Below, piece after piece: positions 37,993-51,400 of a stretch of DNA of 64,000 nucleotides. The notes beneath the pieces were generated by a model. It saw only the letters and a program-made list of their open reading frames with translations. It was not told the origin of the DNA and did not search any database. This DNA comes from Eledone cirrhosa (taxonomy: Eukaryota). The translations under genes and the position numbers were made by a program. Each line of letters opens with the position of its first letter. Position 1 is the stretch's first letter. The DNA lies in the NCBI GenBank assembly GCA_964016885.1, contig OZ024742.1:185318001-185382000 (forward strand), in the 5' to 3' direction.

Positions 37993-40900
37993 TTATGTTA
38001 AGTTGGGGTTAAGTTAAGTTGGGGTTAAGTTAAGTCGGGGTTAAGTTAAGTTGGGGTTAAGTTAAGTTGGGGTTAAGTTAAGTTGGGGTCAAGTTAAGTT
38101 GGGGTTAAGTTAAGTTGGGGTTAAGTTAAGTCGCGGTTAAGTTAAGTTGGGGTTAAGTTAAGATGGGGTTAAGTTAAGTTGGGGTTAAGTTAAGTTGGGG
38201 TTAAGATAAGTTGGGGTTAAGTTAAGTTGGGGTTGAGTTAAGTTGGGGTTGAGTTAATTGGGGTTAAGTTAAGTTGGGGTTAACTTAAGTTGGGTTTAAG
38301 TTAAGTTGGGGTTAAGTTAAGTTGGGGTTAAATTAAGTTGGGGTTAAGATAAGTTGGGGTTAAGTTAAGTCGGTGTTAAGTTAAGTCGGGGTTAAGTTAA
38401 GTTCGGGTTAAATTAACTTGCTGTTAAGTTAAGTTGGGGCTCAGTTAAGTTGGGGTTGAGTTAAGTTGGGGTCAAGTTAAGTTGGGACTAAGCTAAGTTG
38501 GGGTTAAGTTAAGTTGGGGTTAAGTTAAGTTGGCGCTAAGTTAAGTGAAGGTTAAGTTAAGTTGGGGTTGAGTTAAGTTGGGGTTAAGTTAAGTTGGGGT
38601 TGAGTTAAGTTGGGGTTGAGTTAAGTTGGGGTTGAGTTAAGTTGGGGTTACGTTAAGTTGGGGTTAAGTTAAGTTGGGGTTAAGTTAAGTTTAGGTTAAC
38701 TTAAGTTGGGGTTAAGTTAAGTTGGGGTTAAGTTAAGTTGGGGCTAAGTTAAGTTGGGGCTAAGTTAAGTTGGGGCTAAGTTAAGTTGGGGTTAAGTTAA
38801 GGTGGGGTTTAGTTAAGTTGGGGTTGAGTTAAGTTAGGGTTGAGTTAAGTTGGGGTTAAGTTAAGTTGGGGTTAAGTTAAGTTAGGGTTAACTTAAGTTG
38901 GGGTTAAGTTAAGTTGGGGTTGAGTTAAGTTGGGGTTTAATTAAGTTGGGGTTAAGTTAAGTTGGGGTTGAGTTAAGTTGGGCTTGAGTTAAGTTGGGGT
39001 TGAGTTAAGTTGGGCTTATCTTAAGTTGGGGTTAATTTAAGATGGGGTTAAGTTAAGTTGGGGTTAAGTTAATTTGGGGTTAAGTTAAGTTGGGGTTAAG
39101 TTAAGTTGGGGTTATGTTAAGTTGGGGTTAAGTTAAGTTGAGGTTAACTTAAGTTGGGGTTAAGTTAAGTTGGGGTTAAGTTAAGTTGGGGCTAAGTTAA
39201 GTTGGGGCTAAGTTAAGTTGGGGTTAAGTTAAGTTGGGGTTAAGTTAAGTTGGGGTCAACTTAAGTTGGGGCTAAGTTAAGTTGGGGTTAAGTTAAGTTG
39301 CGGCTAAGTTAAGTTGGGGTTAAGTTAAGTTGGGGTTAAATTAAGTTGGGGTCAACGTAAGTTGGGGTTAAGTTAAGTTGGGGGTTAAGTTAATTTGGGG
39401 GTAAGTTAAGTTGGGGTTAAGTTAAGTTGGGGTTAAGTTAAGTTGGGGTTAAGTTAAGTTGGGGCTGAGTTAAGTTGGGGCTGTGTTAAGTTGGGGTTAA
39501 GTTAAGTTGGGGTTAAGTTAAGTTGGGGTTAAGTTGGGGTTAAATTAAGTTGGGGTTAATTTAAGTTGGGGTTAAGTTAAGTTGGGTTTAGGTTAAGTTG
39601 GGGTTGAGTTAAGTTGGGGTTAAGTTAAGTTGGGGTTAATTTAAGTTGGGGTTAAGTTAAGTTGGGGCTGAGTTAAGTTGGGGTTAAGTTAAGTTGGGGT
39701 TGAGTTAAGTTGGGGTTAAGTTAAGTTGGGGTTAAGTTAAGTCGGGGTTAAGTTAAGTTGGGGTTAAGTTAAGTTGGGGTTAAGTTAAGTTGGGGTTAAG
39801 TTAAGTTGGGGTTAAGTTAAGTTGGGGTTAAGATAAGTTGGGGTTAAGTTAAGTTGGGGTTGAGTTAAGTTGGGGTTGAGTTAATTTGGGGTTAAGTTAA
39901 GTTGGGGTTAACTTAAGTTGGGGTTCAGTTAAGTTGGCGTTCAGTTAAGTTGCGGTGAAGTTAAGTTGGGGTTAACTTAAGTCGGGGTTGAGTTAAGTTG
40001 GGGTTAAGTTAAGTTGGGGTCAAGTTAAGTTGGGGTTAAGTTAAGTTGGGGTTATGTTAAGTTGGGGTTAAGTTAAGTTGGGGTTAAGTTAAGTCGGGGT
40101 TAAGTTAAGTTGGGGTTAAGTTAAGTTGTGGTTAAGTTAAGTTGGGGTTAAGATAAGTTGGGGTTAAGTTAAGTTGGGGTTGAGTTAAGTTGGGGTTGAG
40201 TTAATTGGGGTTAAGTTAAGTTGGGGTTAACTTAAGTTGGGTTTAAGTTAAGTTTGGGTTAAGTTAAGTTGGGGTTAAATTAAGTTGGGGTTAAGATAAG
40301 TTGGGGTTAAGTTAAGTCGGGGTTAAGTTAAGTCGGGGTTAATTTAAGTTGGGGTTAAGTTAACTTGGTGTTAAGTTAAGTTGGGGCTCAGTTAAGTTGG
40401 GGTTGAGTTAAGTTGGGGTCAAGTTAAGTTGGGACTAAGCTAAGTTGGGGTTAAGTTAAGTTGGGGTTAAGTTAAGTTGGCGCTAAGTTAAGTGAAGGTT
40501 AAGTTAAGTTGGGGTTGAGTTAAGTTGGGGTTAATTTAAGTTGGGGTTGAGTTAAGTTGGGGTTGAGTTAAGTTGGGGTTAAGTTAAGTTTAGGTTAACT
40601 TAAGTTGGGGTTAAGTTAAGTTGGGGTTAAGTTAAGTTGGGGCTAAGTTAAGTTGGGGCTAAGTTAAGTTGGGGCTAAGTTAAGTTGGGGTTAAGTTAAG
40701 GTGGGGTTTAGTTAAGTTGGGGTTAAGTTAACGTGGGGTTAATTTAAGTTGGGGTTAAGTCAAATTGGGTTTGAGTTAAGTTTGGGTTAAGTTAAGTTGT
40801 GGTTAAGTTAAGTTGGGGTTAAGTTAAGTTGGGGTTAAGTTAAGTTGGGGTTAAGTTAAGTTGGGGTTAAGTTAAGTTGGGGTTAAGTTAAGTTGGGGTT

Positions 40901-43900
40901 AAGTTAAGTTGGGGTTAAGTTAAGTTGAGGTTAAGTTAAGTTGGGGTTAAATTCAGTTGGGGTTAAGTTAAGTTGGGGTTAAGTTAAGTTGGGGATAAGT
41001 TAAGTTGAGTTTAAGTTAAGTTGGAGTTAATTTAAGTTGAGGTTAAGTTAAGTTGTGGTTAAGTTAAGTTGGGGTCAACTTAAGTTGGGGCTAAGTTAAG
41101 TTGGGGTTAAGTTAAGTTGGGGCTAAGTTAAGTTGGAGTTAAGTTAAGTTGGGGTTAAATTAAGTTGGGGTCAACGTAAGTTGGGGTTAAGTTAAGTTGG
41201 GGTTAAGTTAATTTGGGGGTAAGTTAAGTTGGGGTTAAGTTAAGTTGGGGTTAAGTTAAGTTGGGGTTAAGTTAAGTTGGGGCTGAGTTAAATTGGGGCT
41301 GTGTTAAGTTGGGGTTAAGTTAAGTTGGGGTTAAGTTAAGTTGGGGTTAAGTTGGGGTTAAATTAAGTTGGGGTTAATTTAAGTTGGGGTTAAGTTAAGT
41401 TGGGTTTAGGTTAAGTTGGGGTTGAGTTAAGTTGGGGTTAAGTTAAGTTGGGGTTAATTTAAGTTGGGGTTAAGTTAAGTTGGGGCTGAGTTAAGTTGGG
41501 GTTAAGTTAAGTTGGGGTTGAGTTAAGTTGGGGTTAAGTTAAGTTGGGGTTAAGTTAAGTCGGGGTTAAGTTAAGTTGGGATTAAGTTAAGTTGGGGTTC
41601 AGTTAAGTTGCGGTGACGTTAAGTTGGGGTTAACTTAAGTCGGGGTTAAGTTAAGTTTGGGTTAAGTTAAGTTGGGGTCAAGTTAAGTTGGGGTTAAGTT
41701 AAGTTGGGGTTATGTTAAGTTGGGGTTAAGTTAAGTTGGGGTTAAGTTAAGTCGGGGTTAAGTTAAGTTGGGGTTAAGTTAAGTTGGGGTTAAGTTAAGT
41801 TGGGGTCAAGTTAAGTTGGGGTTAAGTTAAGTTGGGGTTAAGTTAAGTCGCGGTTAAGTTAAGTTGGAGTTAAGTTAAGATGGGGTTAAGTTAAGTTGGG
41901 GTTAAGTTAAGTTGGGGTTAAGATAAGTTGGGGTTAAGTTAAGTTGGGGTTGAGTTAAGTTGGGGTTGAGTTAATTGGGGTTAAGTTAAGTTGGGGTTAA
42001 CTTAAGTTGGGTTTAAGTTAAGTTGGGGTTAAGTTAAGTTGGGGTTAAATTAAGTTGGGGTTAAGATAAGTTGGGGTTAAGTTAAGTCGGGGTTAAGTTA
42101 AGTCGGGGTTAAGTTAAGTTGGGGTTAAGTTAACTTGGTGTTAAGTTAAGTTGGGGCTCAGTTAAGTTGGGGTTGAGTTAAGTTGGGGTCAAGTTAAGTT
42201 GGGACTAAGCTAAGTTGGGGTTAAGTTAAGTTGGGGTTAAGTTAAGTTGGCGCTAAGTTTAGTGAAGGTTAAGTTAAGTTGGAGTTGAGTTAAGTTGGGG
42301 TTAAGTTAAGTTGGGGTTAAGTTAAGTTAGGGTTAAGTTAAGCTTGGGTTAAGTTAAGTTGGGGTTGAGTTAATTTGGGGTTGAGTTAAGTTGGGGTTGA
42401 GTTAAGTTGGGGTTGAGTTAAGTTGGGGTTAAGTTAAGTTGGGGTTAACTTAAGTTGGGGTTAAGTTAAGTGGGGTCAATTTAAGTTGAGGTTAAGTTAA
42501 CTTGGGATTAAGTTAAGTTGGGGTTAACTTAAATTGAGGTTAAGTTAAGTTGGGGTTAAGTTAAGTTGGGGGTAAGTTAAGTTGGGGGTAAGTTAAGTTT
42601 GGGTTAAGTTGGGGTTAAGTTAAGTTAGGGTTAAGTTACGTTGGGGTTGAGTTAAGTTGGGGTTAATTTAAATTGGGGTTAAGTTAACTTTGTGGTTCAG
42701 TTAAGTTGGGGTTAAGTTAAGTTGGGGCTTATTTAAGTTGGGGTTAAGTTAAGTTGTGGTTAAGTTAAGTTGGGGTTAAGTTAAGTTGGGGTTAAGTTAA
42801 GTTGGGGTTAAGTTAAGTTGGGGTTAAATTAAGCTGGGTTGAAGTTAAGTTGGGGTTAAGTTAAGTTGGGGTTAAGTTAAGTTGGGGTTAAGTTAAGTTG
42901 GGGTTAAGTTAAGTCGGGGTTAAGTTAATTTGGGGTTCAGTTAAGTTGGGGTTAAGTTAAGTTGGGGCTTATTTAAGTTGGGGTTAAGTTAAGTTGTGGT
43001 TAAGTTAAGTTGGGGTTAAGTTAAGTCGGGGTTAAGTTAAGTCGGGGTTAAGTTAAGTTGTGGTTAAGTTAAGTTGGGGTTAAGTTAAGTTGGGGTTAAG
43101 TTAAGTTAGGGATAAGCTAAGTTGGCGTTAAGTTAAGTTGGGGTTAAGTTAAGTTGGGGTTAAGTTAAGTTGTGGTTAAGTTAAGTTGGGGCTGAGTTAA
43201 GTTGGGGTCAAGTTGAGTTGGGGTTGAGTTAAGTTGGGGTTAAGTTAACTTGGGGTTAATTTAAATTGGGGTTAAGTCAAATTGGGTTTGAGTTAAGTTA
43301 GGGTTAAGTTAAGTTGGGGTTAAGTTAAGTTGGGGTTAAGTTAAGTTGGGGTTAAGTTAAGTTGGGGTTAAATTAAGCTGGGTTTAAGTTAAGTTGGGGT
43401 TAAGTTAAGTTGGGGTTAAGTTAAGTTGGGGTTAAGTTAAGTTGAGGTTAAGTTAAGTTGGGGTTAAGTTAAGTTGGGGATAAGTTAAGTTGAGTTTAAG
43501 TTAAGTTGGAGTTAATTTAAGTTGAGGTTAAGTTAAGTTGTGGTAAAGTTAAGTTGGGGTTAAGTTAAGTTGGGGTTAAGTTAAGTTGGGGTTCAGTTAA
43601 GTTGGGGTTAAGTTAAGTAGGGGTTCAGTTGGGGTTAAATTAAGTTGGGGTTAAGTTAAGTTGGGGTTAAGTTAAGTTGGGGTTAAGTTAAGTTGGGGTT
43701 AAGTTAAGTTGGGGTTAAGTTAAGTTGGGGTTGAGTTAAGTTGGGGTTAAGTTAAGTCGGGGTTAAGTTAAGTTGTGGTTAAGTTAAGTTGGGGTTAAGT
43801 TAAGTTGGGGTTAAGTTAAGTTGGGGTTGAGTTAAGTTGGGGTTAAGTTAAGTTGGGTTTAAGTTAAGTTGGGGTTAAGTTAAGTTGGGGTTAAGTTAAG

Positions 43901-46900
43901 GTGGGGTTAAGTTAAGTTGGGGTTAAGTTAAGTCGGGGTTAAGTTAAGTTGGGGTTAAGTTAAGTTGGGGTTAAGTTAAGTTGGGGTTAAGTTAAGTTCG
44001 GGTTAAGATAAGTTGGGGTTAAGTTAAGTTGGGGTTGAGTTAAGTTGGGGTTGAGTTAATTTGGGGTTAAGTTAAGTTGGGGTTAACTTAAATTGGGGTT
44101 AAGTTAAGTTGGCGTTCAGTTAAGTTGCGGTTAAGTTAAGTTGGGGTTAACTTAAGTCGGGTTTAAGTTAAGTTGGGGTTAAGTTAAGTTGGGGTCAAGT
44201 TAAGTTGGGGTTAAGTTAAGTTGGAGTTAAGTTAAGTTGGGGTTAAGTTAAGTCGGGGTTAAGTTAAGTTGGGGTTAAGTTAAGTTGGGGTTAAGTTAAG
44301 TTGGGGTCAAGTTAAGTTGGGGTTAAGTTAAGTTGGGGTTAATTTAAGTTGGGGTTAAGTTAAGTCGCGGTTAAGTTAAGTAGGGGTTAAGTTAAGATGG
44401 GGTTAAGTTAAGTTGTGGTTAAGTTAAGTTGGGGTTAAGATAAGTTGGGGTTAAGTTAAGTTGCGGTTGAGTTAAGTTGGGGTTGAGTTAATTGGGGTTA
44501 AGTTAAGTTGGGGTTAACTTAAGTTGGGTTTAAGTTAAGTTGGGGTTAAGTTAAGTTGGGGTTAAATTAAGTTGCGGTTATGATAAGTTGGGGTTAAGTT
44601 AAGTCGGGGTTAAGTTATGTCGGGGTTAAGTTAAGTTGGGGTTAAGTTAACTTGGTGTTAAGTTAAGTTGGGGTTCAGTTAAGTTGGGGTTGAGTTAAGT
44701 TGGGGGTCAAGTTAAGTTGGGGTTAAGCTAAGTTGGGGTTAAGTTAAGTTGGGGTTAATTTAAGTTTTGGTTAAGTTAAGTTGGGGCTGAGTTAAGTTGG
44801 GGTCAAGTTAAGTTGGGGTTGAGTTAAGAAGGGGTTAAGTTAACTTGGGGTTAAGTTAACTTGGGGTTAAGTTAAGTTGGGGTTAAGTTAAGTTGGGGTT
44901 AAGTTAAGTTGGGGTTAAGTTAAGTTGGGGTTAAGATAAGTTGGGGTTAAGTTAAGTTGGGGTTGAGTTAAGTTGGGGTTGAGTTAATTTGGGGTTAAGT
45001 TAAGTTGGGGTTAACTTAAGTTGGGGTTCAGTTAAGTTGGCGTTCAGTTAAGTTGCGGTGAAGTTAAGTTGGGGTTAACTTAAGTCGGGGTTAAGTTAAG
45101 TTGGGGTTAAGTTAAGTTGGGGTCAAGTTAAGTTGGGGTTAAGTTAAGTTGGGGTTATGTTAAGTTGGGGTTAAGTTAAGTTGGGGTTAAGTTAAGTCGG
45201 GGTTAAGTTAAGTTGGGGTTAAGTTAAGTTGGGGTTAAGTTAAGTTGGGGTCAAGTTAAGTTGGGGTTAAGTTAAGTTGGGGTTAAGTTAAGTCGCGGTT
45301 AAGTTAAGTTGGGGTTAAGTTAAGATGGGGTTAAGTTAAGTTGGGGTTGAGTTAATTGGGGTTAAGTTAAGTTGGGGTTAACTTAAGTTGGGTTTAAGTT
45401 AAGTTGGCGTTAAGTTAAGTTGGGGTTAAATTAAGTTGGGGTTAAGATAAGTTGGGGTTAAGTTAAGTCGGTGTTAAGTTAAGTCGGGGTTAAGTTAAGT
45501 TCGGGTTAAGTTAACTTGCTGTTAAGTTAAGTTGGGGCTCAGTTAAGTTGGGGTTGAGTTAAGTTGGGGTCAAGTTAAGTTGGGACTAAGCTAAGTTGGG
45601 GTTAAGTTAAGTTGGGGTTAAGTTAAGTTGGCGCTAAGTTAAGTGAAGGTTAAGTTAAGTTGGGGTTGAGTTAAGTTGGGGTTAAGTTAAGTTGGGGTTG
45701 AGTTAAGTTGGGGTTGAGTTAAGTTGGGGTTGAGTTAAGTTGGGGTTACGTTAAGTTGGGGTTAAGTTAAGTTGGGGTTAAGTTAAGTTTAGGTTAACTT
45801 AAGTTGGGGTTAAGTTAAGTTGGGGTTAAGTTAAGTTGGGACTAAGTTAAGTTGGGGCTAAGTTAAGTTGGAGCTAAGTTAAGTTGGGGTTAAATTAAGG
45901 TGGGGTTTAGTTAAGTTGGGGTTGAATTAAGTTGGGGTTGAGTTAAGTTGGGGTTAAGTTAAGTTGGGGTTAAGTTAAGTTAGGGTTAACTTAAGTTGGG
46001 GTTAAGTTAAGTTGGGGTTGAGTTAAGTTGGGGTTTAATTAAGTTGGGGTTGAGTTAAGTTGGGGTTGAGTTAAGTTGGGCTTGAGTTAAGTTGGGGTTG
46101 AGTTAAGTTGGGCTTATCTTAAGTTGGGGTTAATTTAAGATGGGGTTAATTTAAGTTGGGGTTAAGTTAATTTGGGGTTATGTTAAGTTGGGGCTAAGTT
46201 AAGTTGGGGCTAAGTTAAGTTGGGGTTAAGTTAAGTTGGGGTTAAGTTAAGTTGGGGTCAACTTAAGTTGGGGCTAAGTTAAGTTGGGGTTAAGTTAAGT
46301 TGCGGCTAAGTTAAGTTGGGGTTAAGTTAAGTTGGGGTTAAATTAAGTTGGGGTCAACGTAAGTTGGGGTTAAGTTAAGTTGGGGTTAAGTTAATTTGGG
46401 GGTAAGTTAAGTTGGGGTTAAGTTAAGTTGGGGTTAAGTTAAGTTGGGGTTAAGTTAAGTTGGGGCTGAGTTAAGTTGGGGCTGTGTTAAGTTGGGGTTA
46501 AGTTAAGTTGGGGTTAAGTTAAGTTGGGGTTAAGTTGGGGTTAAATTAAGTTGGGGTTAATTTAAGTTGGGGTTAAGTTAAGTTGGGTTTAGGTTAAGTT
46601 GGGGTTGAGTTAAGTTGGGGTTAAGTTAAGTTGGGGTTAATTTAAGTTGGGGTTAAGTTAAGTTGGGGCTGAGTTAAGTTGGGGTTAAGTTAAATTGGGG
46701 TTGAGTTAAGTTGGGGTTAAGTTAAGTTGGGGTTAAGTTAAGTCGGGGTTAAGTTAAGTTGGGGTTAAGTTAAGTTGGGGTTAAGTTAAGTTGGGGTTAA
46801 GTTAAGTTGGGGTTAAGTTAAGTTGGGGTTAAGATAAGTTGGGGTTAAGTTAAGTTGGGGTTGAGTTAAGTTGGGGTTGAGTTAATTTGGGGTTAAGTTA

Positions 46901-48451
46901 AGTTGGGGTTAACTTAAGTTGGGGTTCAGTTAAGTTGGCGTTCAGTTAAGTTGCGGTGAAGTTAAGTTGGGGTTAACTTAAGTCGGGGTTAAGTTAAGTT
47001 GGGGTTAAGTTAAGTTGGGGTCAAGTTAAGTTGGGGTTAAGTTAAGTTGGGGTTATGTTAAGTTGGGGTTAAGTTAAGTTGGGGTTAAGTTAAGTCGGGG
47101 TTAAGTTAAGTTGGGGTTAAGTTAAGTTGGGGTTAAGTTAAGTTGGGGTCAAGTTAAGTTGGGGTTAAGTTAAGTTGGGGTTAAGTTAAGTCGCGGTTAA
47201 GTTAAGTTGGGGTTAAGTTAAGATGGGGTTAAGTTAAGTTGGGGTTAAGTTAAGTTGGGGTTAAGATAAGTTGGGGTTAAGTTAATTTGGGGTTGAGTTA
47301 AGTTGGGGTTGAGTTAATTGGGGTTAAGTTAAGTTGGGGTTGAGTTAAGTTGGGGTTGAGTTAAGTTGGGGTTGAGTTAAGTTGGGGTTACGTTAAGTTG
47401 GGGTTAAGTTAAGTTGGGGTTAAGTTAAGTTTAGGTTAACTTAAGTTGGGGTTAAGTTAAGTTGGGGTTAAGTTAAGTTGGGGCTAAGTTAAGTTGGGGC
47501 TAAGTTAAGTTGGGGCTAAGTTAAGTTGGGGTTAAGTTAAGGTGGGGTTTAGTTAAGTTGGGGTTGAGTTAAGTTGGGGTTGAGTTAAGTTGGGGTTGAG
47601 TTAAGTTGGGCTTGAGTTAAGTTGGGGTTGAGTTAAGTTGGGCTTATCTTAAGTTGGGGTTAATTTAAGATGGGGTTAAGTTAAGTTGGGGTTAAGTTAA
47701 TTTGGGGTTAAGTTAAGTTGGGGTTAAGTTAAGTTGGGGTTATGTTAAGTTGGGGTTAAGTTAAGTTGGGGTTAAGTTAACTTGCTGTTAAGTTAAGTTG
47801 GGGCTCAGTTAAGTTGGGGTTGAGTTAAGTTGGGGTCAAGTTAAGTTGGGACTAAGCTAAGTTGGGGTTAAGTTAAGTTGGGGTTAAGTTAAGTTGGCGC
47901 TAAGTTAAGTGAAGGTTAAGTTAAGTTGGGGTTGAGTTAAGTTGGGGTTAAGTTAAGTTGGGGTTGAGTTAAGTTGGGGTTGAGTTAAGTTGGGGTTGAG
48001 TTAAGTTGGGGTTACGTTAAGTTGGGGTTAAGTTAAGTTGGGGTTAAGTTAAGTTTAGGTTAACTTAAGTTGGGGTTAAGTTAAGTTGGGGTTAAGTTAA
48101 GTTGGGGCTAAGTTAAGTTGGGGCTAAGTTAAGTTGGGGCTAAGTTAAGTTGGGGTTAAGTTAAGGTGGGGTTTAGTTAAGTTGGGGTTGAGTTAAGTTG
48201 GGGTTGAGTTAAGTTGGGGTTAAGTTAAGTTGGGGTTAAGTTAAGTTAGGGTTAACTTAAGTTGGGGTTAAGTTAAGTTGGGGTTGAGTTAAGTTGGGGT
48301 TTAATTAAGTTGGGGTTGAGTTAAGTTGGGGTTGAGTTAAGTTGGGGTTAAGTTAATTTGGGGTTAAGTTAAGTTGGGGTTAAGTTAAGTTGGGGTTATG
48401 TTAAGTTGGGGTTAAGTTAAGTTGAGGTTAACTTAAGTTGGGGTTAAGTTA

Positions 48452-51400
48452 AGTTGGGGTTAAGTTAAGTTGGGGCTAAGTTAAGTTGGGGCTAAGTTAA
48501 GTTGGGGTTAAGTTAAGTTGGGGTTAAGTTAAGTTGGGGTCAACTTAAGTTGGGGCTAAGTTAAGTTGGGGTTAAGTTAAGTTGCGGCTAAGTTAAGTTG
48601 GGGTTAAGTTAAGTTGGGGTTAAATTAAGTTGGGGTCAACGTAAGTTGGGGTTAAGTTAAGTTGGGGTTAAGTTAATTTGGGGGTAAGTTAAGTTGGGGT
48701 TAAGTTAAGTTGGGGTTAAGTTAAGTTGGGGTTAAGTTAAGTTGGGGCTGAGTTAAGTTGGGGCTGTGTTAAGTTGGGGTTAAGTTAAGTTGGGGTTAAG
48801 TTAAGTTGGGGTTAAGTTGGGGTTAAATTAAGTTGGGTTTAGGTTAAGTTGGGGTTGAGTTAAGTTGGGGTTAAGTTAAGTTGGGGTTAATTTAAGTTGG
48901 GGTTAAGTTAAGTTGGGGTTAAGTTAAGTCGGGGTTAAGTTAAGTTGGGGTTAAGTTAAGTTGGGGCTGAGTTAAGTTGGGGTTAAGTTAAGTTGGGGTT
49001 GAGTTAAGTTGGGGTTAAGTTAAGTTGGGGTTAAGTTAAGTCGGGGTTAAGTTAAGTTGGGGTTAAGTTAAGTTGGGGTTAAGTTAAGTTGGGGTTAAGA
49101 TAAGTTGGGGTTAAGTTAAGTTGGGGTTGAGTTAAGTTGGGGTTGAGTTAATTTGGGGTTAAGTTAAGTTGCGGTTAAGTTAAGTTGGGGTTAAGTTAAG
49201 TTGGGGTTAAGTTAAGTTGGGGTTAAGATAAGTTGGGGTTAAGTTAAGTTGGGGTTGAGTTAAGTTGGGGTTGAGTTAATTGGGGTTAAGTTAAGTTGGG
49301 GTTAACTTAAGTTGGGTTTAAGTTAAGTTGGGGTTAAGTTAAGTTGGGGTTAAATTAAGTTGGGGTTAAGATAAGTTGGGGTTAAGTTAAGTCGGGGTTA
49401 AGTTAAGTCGGGGTTAAGTTAAGTTGGGGTTAAGTTAACTTGGTGTTAAGTTAAGTTGGGGCTCAGTTAAGTTGGGGTTGAGTTAAGTTGGGGTCAAGTT
49501 AAGTTGGGACTAAGCTAAGTTGGGGTTAAGTTAAGTTGGGGTTAAGTTAAGTTGGCGCTAAGTTAAGTGAAGGTTAAGTTAAGTTGGGGTTGAGTTAAGT
49601 TGGGGTTAATTTAAGTTGGGGTTGAGTTAAGTTGGGGTTGAGTTAAGTTGGGGTTGAGTTAAGTTGGGGTTACGTTAAGTTGGAGTTAAGTTAAGTTGGG
49701 GTTAAGTTAAGTTTAGGTTAACTTAAGTTGGGGTTAAGTTAAGTTGGGGTTAAGTTAAGTTGGGGCTAAGTTAAGTTGGGGCTAAGTTAAGTTGGGGCTA
49801 AGTTAAGTTGGGGTTAAGTTAAGGTGGGGTTTAGTTAAGTTGGGGTTGAGTTAAGTTGGGGTTGAGTTAAGTTGGGGTTAAGTTAAGTTGGGGTTAAGTT
49901 AAGTTAGGGTTAACTTAAGTTGGGGTTAAGTTAAGTTGGGGTTGAGTTAAGTTGGGGTTTAATTAAGTTGGGGTTGAGTTAAGTTGGGGTTGAGTTAAGT
50001 TGGGCTTGAGTTAATTTGGGGTTGAGTTAAGTTGGGCTTATCTTAAGTTGGGGTTAATTTAAGATGGGGTTAAGTTAAGTTGGGGTTAAGTTAATTTGGG
50101 GTTAAGTTAAGTTGGGGTTAAGTTAAGTTGGGGTTATGTTAAGTTGGGGTTAAGTTAAGTTGAGGTTAACTTAAGTTGGGGTTAAGTTAAGTTGGGGTTA
50201 AGTTAAGTTGGGGCTAAGTTAAGTTGGGGCTAAGTTAAGTTGGGGTTAAGTTAAGTTGGGGTTAAGTTAAGTTGGGGTCAACGTAAGTTGGGGTTAAGTT
50301 AAGTTGGGGTTAAGTTAATTTGGGGGTAAGTTAAGTTGGGGTTAATTTAAGTTGGGGTTAAGTTAAGTTGGGGTTAAGTTAAGTTGGGGCTGAGTTAAGT
50401 TGGGGCTGTGTTAAGTTGGGGTTAAGTTAAGTTGAGGTTAAGTTGGGGTTAAATTAAGTTGGGTTAATTTAAGTTGGGGTTAAGTTAAGTTGGGTTTAGG
50501 TTAAGTTGGGGTTGAGTTAAGTTGGGGTTAAGTTAAGTTGGGGTTAATTTAAGTTGGGGTTAAGTTAAGTTGGGGCTGAGTTAAGTTGGGGTTAAGTTAA
50601 GTTGGGGTTGAGTTAAGTTGGGGTTAAGTTAAGTTGGGGTTAAGTTAAGTCGGGGTTAAGTTAAGTTGGGGTTAAGTTAAGTTGGGGTTAAGTTAAGTTG
50701 GGTTTAAGATAAGTTGGGGTTAAGTTAAGTTGGGGTTGAGTTAAGTTGGGGTTGAGTTAATTTGGGGTTAAGTTAAGTTGGGGTTAACTTAAGTTGGGGT
50801 TCAGTTAAGTTGGCGTTCAGTTAAGTTGCGGTGAAGTTAAGTTGGGGTTAACTTAAGTCGGGGTTAAGTTAAGTTGGGGTCAAGTTAAGTTGGGGTTAAG
50901 TTAAGTTGGGGTTATGTTAAGTTGGGGTTAAGTTAAGTTGGGGTTAAGTTAAGTCGGGGTTAAGTTAAGTTGGGGTTAAGTTAATTGGGGTTAAGTTAAG
51001 TTGGGGTCAAGTTAAGTTGGGGTTAAGTTAAGTTAGGGTTAAGTTAAGCTTGGGTTAAATTAAGTTGGGGTTGAGTTAATTTGGGGTTGAGTTAAGTTGG
51101 GGTTGAGTTAAGTTGGGGTTAAGTTAAGTTGGGGTTAACTTAAGTTGGGGTTAAGTTAAGTTGGGGTCAATTTAAGTTGAGGTTAAGTTAACTTGGGATT
51201 AAGTTAAGTTGGGGTTAACTTAAATTGAGGTTAAGTTAAGTTGGGGTTAAGTTAAGTTGGGGGTAAGTTAAGTTGGGGGTAAGTTAAGTTTGGGTTAAGT
51301 TGGGGTTAAGTTAAGTTAGGGTTAAGTTACGTTGGGGTTGAGTTAAGTTGGGGTTAATTTAAATTGGGGTTAAGTTAACTTTGTGGTTAAGTTAAGTTGG

